Of a stretch of 64,000 nt of DNA, positions 52,901 to 64,000 are shown in pieces. Numbering within the stretch: position 1 is the first letter of the stretch; every line of letters begins with the position of its first letter. Source of the stretch: Eledone cirrhosa (Eukaryota); assembly GCA_964016885.1 (NCBI GenBank), contig OZ024743.1:210986001-211050000 (forward strand), read 5' to 3'. The notes beneath the pieces are model-generated. The model worked only from the letters and a program-made list of their open reading frames with translations, did not search any database and was not told the origin of the DNA. Made by a program: the position numbers and the translations under genes.

Positions 52901-55900
52901 TAATTAGCAGTGGAGTCAGGGATTCCAAAAATACAGTGAGCAGGGTAATTAGCAGTGGAGTCAGGGATTCCAAAAATACAGTGACCAGGGTAATTAGCAG
53001 TGGAGTCAGGGATTCCAAGAATACAGTGAGCAGGGTAACTAGCAGTGGAGACAGGGATTCCAAGAATACAGTGAGCAGGGTAACTAGCAGTGGAGTCAGG
53101 GATTCCAAGAATACAGTGAGCAGGGTAACTAGCAGTGGAGACAGGGATTCCAAGAATACAGTGAGCAGGGTAATTAGCAGTGGAGTCAGGGATTCCAAGA
53201 ATACAGTGAGCAGGGTAATTAGCAGTGGAGTCAGGGATTCCAAAAATACAGTGACCAGGGTAATTAGCAGTGGAGTCAGGGATTCCAAGAATACAGTGAC
53301 CAGGGTAATTAGCAGTGGAGTCAGGGATTCCAAGAATACAGTGACCAGGGTAATTAGCAGTGGAGTCAGGGATTCCAAGAATACAGTGAGCAGGGTAATT
53401 AGCAGTGGAGTCAGGGATTCCAAGAATACAGTGACCAGGGTAATTAGCAGTGGAGTCAGGGATTCCAAAAATACAGTGAGCAGGGTAATTAGCAGTGGAG
53501 TCAGGGATTCCAAGAATACAGTGAGCAGGGTAATTAGCAGTGGAGTCAGGGATTCCAAGAATTCAGTGAGCAGGGTAATTAGCAGTGGAGTCAGGGATTC
53601 CAAAAATACAGTGAGCAGGGTAATTAGCAGTGGAGTCAGGGATTCCAAGAATACAGTGACCAGGGTAATTAGCAGTGGAGTCAGGGATTCCAAGAATACA
53701 GTGAGCAGGGTAATTAGCAGTGGAGTCAGGGATTCCAAGAATACAGTGACCAGGGTAATTAGCAGTGGAGTCAGGGATTCCAAAAATACAGTGAGCAGGG
53801 TAATTAGCAGTGGAGTCAGGGATTCCAAGAATACAGTGAGCAGGGTAATTAGCAGTGGAGTCAGGGATTCCAAGAATTCAGTGAGCAGGGTAATTAGCAG
53901 TGGAGTCAGGGATTCCAAAAATACAGTGACCAGGGTAATTAGCAGTGGAGTCAGGGATTCCAAGAATACAGTGAGCAGGGTAATTAGCAGTGGAGTCAGG
54001 GATTCCAAGAATACAGTGACCAGGGTAATTAGCAATGGAGTCAGAGATTCCAAGAATACAGTGACCAGGGTAATTAGCAGTGGAGTCAGGGATTCCAAAA
54101 ATACAGTGACCAGGGTAATTAGCAGTGGAGTCAGGGATTCCAAAAATACAGTGAGCAGGGTAATTAGCAGTGGAGTCAGGGATTCCAAGAATACAGTGAG
54201 CAGGGTAATTAGCAGTGGAGTCAGGGATTCCAAAAATACAGTGAGCAGGGTAATTAGCAGTGGAGTCAGGGATTCCAAGAATACAGTGAGCAGGGTAATT
54301 AGCAGTGGAGACAGGGATTACAAGAATACAGTGACCAGGGTAATTAGCAGTGGAGTCAGAGATTCCAAAAATACAGTGACCAGGGTAATTAGCAGTGGAG
54401 TCAGGGATTCCAAAATACAGTGACCAGGGTAATTAGCAGTAGAGTCAGGGATTCCAAGAATACAGTGAGCAGGGTAATTAGCAGTGGAGTCAGGGATCCC
54501 AAGAATACAGTGACCAGGGTAATTAGCAGTTGAGTCAGGGATTCCAAAAATACAGTGACCAGGGTAATTAGCAGTGGAGTCAGGGATTCCAAGAATACAG
54601 TGAGCAGGGTAATTAGCAGTGGAGTCAGGGATTCCAAGAATACAGTGAGCAGGTTAATTAGCAGTGGAGTCAGGGATTCCAAGAATACAGTGAGCAGGGT
54701 AATTAGCAGTGGAGACAGGGATTCCAAGAATACAGTGACCAGGGTAATTAGCAGTGGAGTCAGAGATTCCAAAAATACAGTGACCAGGGTAATTAGCAGT
54801 GGAGTCAGGGATTCCAAAAATACAGTGACCAGGGTAATTAGCAGTGGAGTCAGGGATTCCAAGAATACAGTGAGCAGGGTAATTAGCAGTGGAGTCAGGG
54901 ATTCCAAGAATACAGTGACCAGGGTAATTAGCAGTGGAGTCAGGGATTCCAAAAATACAGTGACCAGGGTAATTAGCAGTGGAGTCAGGGATTCCAAGAA
55001 TACAGTGACCAGGGTAATTAGCAGTGGAGTCAGGGATTTCAAGAATACAGTGACCAGGGTAATTAGCAGTGGAGTCAGGGATTCCAAAAATACAGTGACC
55101 AGGGTAATTAGCAGTGGATTCAGAGATTCCAAAAATACAGTGACCAGGGTAATTAGCAGTGGAGACAGGGATTCCAAGAATACAGTGAGCAGAGTAATTA
55201 GCAGTGGAGTCAGGGATTCCAAGAATACAGTGAGCAGGGTAATTAGCAGTGGAGTCAGGGATTCCAAAAATACAGTGACCAGGGTAATTAGCAGTGGAGT
55301 CAGGGATTCCAAGAATACAGTGAGCAGGGTAATTAGCAGTGGAGTCAGGGATTCCAAAAATACAGTGACCAGGGTAATTAGCAGTGGAGTCAGGGATTCC
55401 AAGAATACAGTGAGCAGGGTAATTAGCAGTGGAGTCAGGGATTCCAAAAATACAGTGACCAGGGTAATTAGCAGTGGAGTCAGGGATTCCAAGAATACAG
55501 TGAGCAGGGTAATTAGCAGTGGAGTTAGGGATTCCAAGAATATAGTGACCAGGGTAATTAGCAGTGGAGTCAGGGATTCCAAAAATACAGTGACCAGGGT
55601 AATTAGCAGTGGAGTCAGGGATTCCAAGAATACAGTGACCAGGGTAATTAGCAGTGGAGTCAGGGATTCCAAGAATACAGTGAGCAGGGTAATTAGCAGT
55701 GGAGTCAGAGATTCCAAAAATACAGTGACCAGGGTAATTAGCAGTGGAGTCAGGGATTCCAAAAATACAGTGACCAGGGTAATTAGCAGTGGAGTCAGGG
55801 ATTCCAAGAATACAGTGAGCAGGGTAATTAGCAGTGGAGTCAGGGGTTCCAAGAATACAGTGACCAGGGTAATTAGCAGTGGAGTCAGGGATTCCAAAAA

Positions 55901-58900
55901 TACAGTGACCAGGGTAATTAGCAGTGGAGTCAGGGATTCCAAGAATACAGTGACCAGGGTAATTAGCAGTGGAGTCAGGAATTCCAAGAATACAGTGAGC
56001 AGGGTAATTAGCAGTGAAGTCAGGGATTCCAAAAATACAGTGACCAGGGTAATTAGCAGTGGAGTCAGGGATTCCAAGAATACAGTGACCAGGGTAATTA
56101 GCAGTGGAGTCAGGGATTCCAAAAATACAGTGACCAGGGTAATTAGCAGTGGAGTCAGAGATTCCAAAAATACAGTGACCAGGGTAATGAGCAGTGGAGA
56201 CAGGGATTCCAAGAATACAGTGAGCAGGGTAATTAGCAGTGGAGTCAGGGATTCCAAGAATACAATGAGCAGGGTAATTAGCAGTGGAGTCAGGGATTCC
56301 AAGAATACAGTGAGCAGGGTAATTAGCAGTGGAGTCAGAGATTCCAAGAATACAGTGAGCAGGGTAACTAGCAGTGGAGACAGGGATTCCAAGAATACAG
56401 TGACCAGGGTAATTAGCAGTGGAGTCAGGGATTCCAAGAATACAGTGACCAGGGTAATTAGCAGTGGAGTCAGGGATTCCAAGAATACAGTGACCAGGGT
56501 AATTAGCAGTGGAGTCAGGGATTCCAAGAATACAGTGACCAGGGTAATTAGCAGTGGAGTCAGGGATTCCAAGAATACAGTGACCAGGGTAATTAGCAGT
56601 GGAGTCAGGGATTCCAAGAATACAGTGAGCAGGGTAATTAGCAGTGGAGACAGGGATTCCAAGAATACAGTGACCAGATTAATTAGCAGTGGAGTCAAGG
56701 ATTCCAAGAATACAGTGACCAGGGTAATTAGCAGTGGAGTCAGGGATTCCAAGAATACAGTGACCAGGGTAATTAGCAGTGGAGACAGGGATTCCAAGAA
56801 TACAGTGACCAGGGTAATTAGCAGTGGAGTCAGAGATTCCAAGAATACAGTGACCAGGGTAATTAGCAGTGGAGTCAGGGATTCCAAGAATACAGTGACC
56901 AGGGTAATTAGCAGTGGAGTCAGGGATTCCAAGAATACAGTGACCAGGGTAATTAGCAGTGGAGTCAGGGATTCCAAGAATACATGACCAGGGTAATTAG
57001 CAGTGGAGACAGGGATTCCAAGAATACAGTGAGCAGGGTAATTAGCAGTGGAGTCAGGGATTCCAAGAATACAGTGACCAGGGTAATTAGCAGTGGAGTC
57101 AGAGATTCCAAGAAAACAGTGACCAGGGTAATTAGCAGTGGAGTCAGGTATTCCAAGAATACAGTGAGCAGGGTAATTAGCAGTGGAGTCAGGGATTCCA
57201 AGAATACAGTGACCAGGGTAATTAGCAGTGGAGTCAGGGATTCCAAGAATACAGTGACCAGGGTAATTAGCAGTGGAGTCAGGGATTGCAAGAATACAGT
57301 GACCAGGGTAATTAGCAGTGGAGTCAGGGATTCCAAGAATACAGTGAGCAGGGTAATTAGCAGTGGAGACAGGGATTCCAAGAATACAGTGACCAGGGTA
57401 ATTAGCAGTGGAGTCAGGGATTCTAAGAATACAGTGAGCAGGGTAATTAGCAGTGGAGTCAGGGATTCCAAAAATACAGTGAGCAGGGTAATTAGCAGTG
57501 GAGTCAGGGATTCCAAGAATACAGTGACCAGGGTAATTAGCAGTGGAATCAGGGATTCCAAGAATACAGTGACCAGGGTAATTAGCAGTGGAGACAGGAA
57601 TTCCAAGAATACAGTGAGCAGGGTAATTAGCAGTGGCGTCAGGGATTCCAAGAATACAGTGACCAGGGTAATTAGCAGTGGAGTCAGAGATTCCAAGAAT
57701 ACAGTGACCAGGGTAATTAGCAGTGGAGTCAGGGATTCCAAGAATACAGTGACCAGGGTAATTAGCAGTGGAGTCAGGGATTCCAAGAATACAGTGACCA
57801 GGGTAATTAGCAGTGGAGTCAGGGATTCCAAGAATACAGTGACCAGGGTAATTAGCAGTGGAGTCAGGGATTCCAAAAATACAGTGACCAGGGTAATTAG
57901 CAGTGGAGTCAGAGATTCCAAGAATACAGTGACCAGGGTAATTAGCAGTGGAGTCAGGGATTCCAAGAATACAGTGACCAGGGTAATTAGCAGTGGAGTC
58001 AGGGATTCCAAGAATACAGTGACCAGGGTAATTAGCAGTGGAGTCAGGGATTCCAAAAATACAGTGACCAGGGTAATTAGCAGTGGAGTCAGAGATTCCA
58101 AGAATACAGTGACCAGGGTAATTAGCAGTGGAGTCAGGGATTCCAAGAATACAGTGACCAGGGTAATTAGCAGTGGAGTCAGGGATTCCAAGAATACAGT
58201 GACCAGGGTAATTAGCAGTGGAGTCAGGGATTCCAAGAATACAGTGACCAGGGTAATTAGCAGTGGAGTCAGGGATTCCAAGATTACAGTGACCAGGGTA
58301 ATTAGCAGTGGAGTCAGGGATTCCAAAAATACAGTGACCAGGGTAATTAACAGTGGAGTCAGGGATTCCAAAAATACAGTGAGCAGGGTAATTAGCAGTG
58401 GAGTCAGGGATTCCAAGAATACAGTGACCAGGGTATTTAGCAGTGGAGTCAGGGATTCCAAGAATACAGTGAGCAGGGTAATTAGCAGTGGAGTCAGGGA
58501 TTCCAAGAATACAGTGACCAGGGTAATTAGCAGTGGAGTCAGGGATTCCAAGAATACAGTGACCAGGGTAATTAGCAGTGGAGTCAGGGATTCCAAGAAT
58601 ACAGTGACCAGGGTAATTAGCAGTGGAGTCAGGGATTCCAAGAATACAGTGAGCAGGGTAATTAGCAGTGGAGTCAGGGATTCCAAGAATACAGTGACCA
58701 GGGTAATTAGCAGTGGAGTCAGGGATTCCAAAAATACAGTGACCAGGGTAATTAGCAGTGGAGTCAGGGATTCCAAAAATACAGTGAGCAGGGTAATTAG
58801 CAGTGGAGTCAGGGATTCCAAGAATACAGTGACCAGGGTAATTAGCAGTGGAGTCAGAGATTCCAAGAATACAGTGACCAGGGTAATTAGCAGTGGAGTC

Positions 58901-61900
58901 AGGGATTCCAAGCATACAGTGACCAGGGTAATTAGCAGTGGAGTCAGGGATTCCAAGAATACAGTGACCAGGGTAATTAGCAGTGGAGTCAGGGATTCCA
59001 AAAAGACAGTGAGCAGGGTAATTAGCAGTGGAGTCAGGGATTCCAAGAATACAGTGACCAGGGTAATTAGCAGTGGAGTCAGGGATTCCAAGAATACAGT
59101 GACCAGGGTAATTAGCAGTGGAGTCAGGGATTCCAAGAATACAGTGAGCAGGGTAATTAGCAGTGGAGTCAGGGATTCCAAGAATACAGTGACCAGGGTA
59201 ATTAGCAGTGGAGTCAGGGATTCCAAGAATAAAGTGACCAGGGTAATTAGCAGTGGAGTCAGGGATTCCAAGAATACAGTGACCAGGGTAATTAGCAGTG
59301 GAGTCAGGGATTCCAAGAATACAGTGACCAGGGTAATTAGCAGTGGAGTCAGGGATTCCAAGAATACAGTGAGCAGGGTAATTAGCAGTGGAGTCAGGGA
59401 TTCCAAAAATACAGTGAGCAGGGTAATTAGCAGTGGAGTCAGGGATTCCAAGAATACAGTGACCAGGGTAATTAGCAGTGGAGACAGAGATTCCAAAAAT
59501 ACAGTGAGCAGGGTAATTAGCAGTGGAGTCAGGGATTCCAAGAATACAGTGACCAGGGTAATTAGCAGTGGAGACAGGGATTCCAAGAATACAGTGACCA
59601 GGGTAATTAGCAGTGGAGACAGGGATTCCAAGAATACAGTGACCAGGGTAATTAGCAGTGGAGACAGAGATTCCAAAAATACAGTGAGCAGGGTAATTAG
59701 CAGTGGAGTCAGGGATTCCAAGAATACAGTGACCAGGGTAATTAGCAGTGGAGTCAGAGATTCCAAAAATACAGTGAGCAGGGTAATTAGCAGTGGAGTC
59801 AGAGATTCCAAAAATACAGTGACCAGGGTAATTAGCAGTGGAGTCAGAGATTCCAAAAATACAGTGAGCAGGGTAATTAGCAGTGGAGTCAGAGATTCCA
59901 AGAATACAGTGAGCAGGGTAATTAGCAGTGAAGTCAGGGATTCCAAGAATACAGTGAGCAGGGTAACTAGCAGTGGAGACAGGGATTCCAAGAATACAGT
60001 GACCAGGGTAATTAGCAGTGGAGTCAGGGATTCCAAGAATACAGTGACCAGGGTAATTAGCAGTGGAGTCAGGGATTCCAAGAATACAGTGACCAGGGAA
60101 ATTAGCAGTGGAGTCAGGGATTCCAAGAATACAGTGACCAGGGTAATTAGCAGTGGAGTCAGGGATTCCAAGAATACAGTGAGCAGGGTAATTAGCAGTG
60201 GAGTCAGGGATTCCAAAAATACAGTGAGCAGGGTAATTAGCAGTGGAGTCAGGGATTCCAAGAATACAGTGACCAGGGTAATTAGCAGTGGAGACAGAGA
60301 TTCCAAAAATACAGTGACCAGGGTAATTAGCAGTGGAGTCAGAGATTCCAAAAATACAGTGAGCAGGGTAATTAGCAGTGGAGTCAGAGATTCCAAGAAT
60401 ACAGTGAGCAGGGTAATTAGCAGTGAAGTCAGGGATTCCAAGAATACAGTGAGCAGGGTAACTAGCAGTGGAGACAGGGATTCCAAGAATACAGTGACCA
60501 GGGTAATTAGCAGTGGAGTCAGGGATTCCAAGAATACAGTGACCAGGGTAATTAGCAGTGGAATCAAGGATTCCAAGAATACAGTGACCAGGGTAATTAG
60601 CAGTGGAGACAGGAATTCCAAGAATACAGTGAGCAGGGTAATTAGCAGTGGCGTCAGGGATTCCAAGAATACAGTGAGCAGGGTAATTAGCAGTGGAGTC
60701 AGGGATTCCAAGAATATAGTGACCAGGGTAATTAGCAGTGGAGTCAGGGATTCCAAAAATACAGTGACCAGGGTAATTAGCAGTGGAGTCAGGGATTCCA
60801 AGAATACAGTGACCAGGGTAATTAGCAGTGGAGTCAGGGATTCCAAGAATACAGTGAGCAGGGTAATTAGCAGTGGAGTCAGAGATTCCAAAAATACAGT
60901 GACCAGGGTAATTAGCAGTGGAGTCAGGGATTCCAAAAATACAGTGACCAGGGTAATTAGCAGTGGAGTCAGGGATTCCAAGAATACAGTGAGCAGGGTA
61001 ATTAGCAGTGGAGTCAGGGATTCCAAGAATACAGTGACCAGGGTAATTAGCAGTGGAGTCAGGGATTCCAAAAATACAGTGACCAGGGTAATTAGCAGTG
61101 GAGTCAGGGATTCCAAGAATACAGTGACCAGGGTAATTAGCAGTGGAGTCAGGAATTCCAAGAATACAGTGAGCAGGGTAATTAGCAGTGAAGTCAGGGA
61201 TTCCAAAAATACAGTGACCAGGGTAATTAGCAGTGGAGTCAGGGATTCCAAGAATACAGTGACCAGGGTAATTAGCAGTGGAGTCAGGGATTCCAAAAAT
61301 ACAGTGACCAGGGTAATTAGCAGTGGAGTCAGAGATTCCAAAAATACAGTGACCAGGGTAATGAGCAGTGGAGACAGGGATTCCAAGAATACAGTGAGCA
61401 GGGTAATTAGCAGTGGAGTCAGGGATTCCAAGAATACAATGAGCAGGGTAATTAGCAGTGGAGTCAGGGATTCCAAGAATACAGTGAGCAGGGTAATTAG
61501 CAGTGGAGTCAGAGATTCCAAGAATACAGTGAGCAGGGTAACTAGCAGTGGAGACAGGGATTCCAAGAATACAGTGACCAGGGTAATTAGCAGTGGAGTC
61601 AGGGATTCCAAGAATACAGTGACCAGGGTAATTAGCAGTGGAGTCAGGGATTCCAAGAATACAGTGACCAGGGTAATTAGCAGTGGAGTCAGGGATTCCA
61701 AGAATACAGTGACCAGGGTAATTAGCAGTGGAGTCAGGGATTCCAAGAATACAGTGACCAGGGTAATTAGCAGTGGAGTCAGGGATTCCAAGAATACAGT
61801 GAGCAGGGTAATTAGCAGTGGAGACAGGGATTCCAAGAATACAGTGACCAGATTAATTAGCAGTGGAGTCAGGGATTCCAAGAATACAGTGACCAGGGTA

Positions 61901-64000
61901 ATTAGCAGTGGAGTCAGGGATTCCAAGAATACAGTGACCAGGGTAATTAGCAGTGGAGACAGGGATTCCAAGAATACAGTGACCAGGGTAATTAGCAGTG
62001 GAGTCAGAGATTCCAAGAATACAGTGACCAGGGTAATTAGCAGTGGAGTCAGGGATTCCAAGAATACAGTGACCAGGGTAATTAGCAGTGGAGTCAGGGA
62101 TTCCAAGAATACAGTGACCAGGGTAATTAGCAGTGGAGTCAGGGATTCCAAGAATACATGACCAGGGTAATTAGCAGTGGAGACAGGGATTCCAAGAATA
62201 CAGTGAGCAGGGTAATTAGCAGTGGAGTCAGGGATTCCAAGAATACAGTGACCAGGGTAATTAGCAGTGGAGTCAGAGATTCCAAGAAAACAGTGACCAG
62301 GGTAATTAGCAGTGGAGTCAGGTATTCCAAGAATACAGTGAGCAGGGTAATTAGCAGTGGAGTCAGGGATTCCAAGAATACAGTGACCAGGGTAATTAGC
62401 AGTGGAGTCAGGGATTCCAAGAATACAGTGACCAGGGTAATTAGCAGTGGAGTCAGGGATTGCAAGAATACAGTGACCAGGGTAATTAGCAGTGGAGTCA
62501 GGGATTCCAAGAATACAGTGAGCAGGGTAATTAGCAGTGGAGACAGGGATTCCAAGAATACAGTGACCAGGGTAATTAGCAGTGGAGTCAGGGATTCTAA
62601 GAATACAGTGAGCAGGGTAATTAGCAGTGGAGTCAGGGATTCCAAAAATACAGTGAGCAGGGTAATTAGCAGTGGAGTCAGGGATTCCAAGAATACAGTG
62701 ACCAGGGTAATTAGCAGTGGAATCAGGGATTCCAAGAATACAGTGACCAGGGTAATTAGCAGTGGAGACAGGAATTCCAAGAATACAGTGAGCAGGGTAA
62801 TTAGCAGTGGCGTCAGGGATTCCAAGAATACAGTGACCAGGGTAATTAGCAGTGGAGTCAGAGATTCCAAGAATACAGTGACCAGGGTAATTAGCAGTGG
62901 AGTCAGGGATTCCAAGAATACAGTGACCAGGGTAATTAGCAGTGGAGTCAGGGATTCCAAGAATACAGTGACCAGGGTAATTAGCAGTGGAGTCAGGGAT
63001 TCCAAGAATACAGTGACCAGGGTAATTAGCAGTGGAGTCAGGGATTCCAAAAATACAGTGACCAGGGTAATTAGCAGTGGAGTCAGAGATTCCAAGAATA
63101 CAGTGACCAGGGTAATTAGCAGTGGAGTCAGGGATTCCAAGATTACAGTGACCAGGGTAATTAGCAGTGGAGTCAGGGATTCCAAGAATACAGTGACCAG
63201 GGTAATTAGCAGTGGAGTCAGGGATTCCAAAAATACAGTGACCAGGGTAATTAGCAGTGGAGTCAGAGATTCCAAGAATACAGTGACCAGGGTAATTAGC
63301 AGTGGAGTCAGGGATTCCAAGAATACAGTGACCAGGGTAATTAGCAGTGGAGTCAGGGATTCCAAGAATACAGTGACCAGGGTAATTAGCAGTGGAGTCA
63401 GGGATTCCAAGAATACAGTGACCAGGGTAATTAGCAGTGGAGTCAGGGATTCCAAGAATACAGTGACCAGGGTAATTAGCAGTGGAGTCAGGGATTCCAA
63501 AAATACAGTGACCAGGGTAATTAGCAGTGGAGTCAGGGATTCCAAAAATACAGTGAGCAGGGTAATTAGCAGTGGAGTCAGGGATTCCAAGAATACAGTG
63601 ACCAGGGTAATTAGCAGTGGAGTCAGGGATTCCAAGAATACAGTGAGCAGGGTAATTAGCAGTGGAGTCAGGGATTCCAAGAATACAGTGACCAGGGTAA
63701 TTAGCAGTGGAGTCAGGGATTCCAAGAATACAGTGACCAGGGTAATTAGCAGTGGAGTCAGGGATTCCAAGAATACAGTGACCAGGGTAATTAGCAGTGG
63801 AGTCAGGGATTCCAAGAATACAGTGAGCAGGGTAATTAGCAGTGGAGTCAGGGATTCCAAGAATACAGTGACCAGGGTAATTAGCAGTGGAGTCAGGGAT
63901 TCCAAAAATACAGTGACCAGGGTAATTAGCAGTGGAGTCAGGGATTCCAAAAATACAGTGAGCAGGGTAATTAGCAGTGGAGTCAGGGATTCCAAGAATA
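16945..64000 (+). repeat. 45-bp satellite DNA array (about 1045 monomers, runs off the window)
   Basis: Consensus GTGACCAGGGTAATTAGCAGTGGAGTCAGGGATTCCAAGAATACA, head to tail in one orientation. It has few substitutions and single-base indels near 18229, 22984, 27530, 54414, 56985 and 62159. Confidence 0.99.

Noticed and set aside
16772-63995. Giant ORFs on both strands (up to 8955 aa) as protein-coding genes
   Set aside because: They are translations of a stop-free 45-bp monomer, open in three frames at once, broken by indels and stops, and without unique domains.
16945-64000. CRISPR array
   Set aside because: There are no unique spacers and no cas genes, and the context is eukaryotic.

Overview
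Animal genomic DNA. The SINE, RTE and mariner remnants resemble those of octopus, but that taxon call is an inference. Bases 1-16.9 kb are AT-rich and repeat-rich. They carry a minus-strand spliced gene that the ORF track mostly misses. Two exons (3659-3797 and 72-202) splice in frame to give a complete 8-Cys WSC domain. Upstream lie three candidate frame-symmetric phase-1 microexons of 36, 9 and 3 nt (10058-10093, 9669-9677, 7834-7836). Together they read ...LYTQNALGGTS-VLQ-D-ADYLGCF.... The first exon was not found and the gene continues off the left edge. From about 16945 to the end of the window is a homogeneous 45-bp satellite (over 47 kb, about 1045 monomers) with nested multi-kb higher-order duplications. 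The giant ORFs in the track come from this stop-free, 3n-length monomer and are not called as genes. The flank also holds a perfect 200-bp inverted duplication, an inverted satellite fragment inside a dispersed repeat, and several minisatellites.
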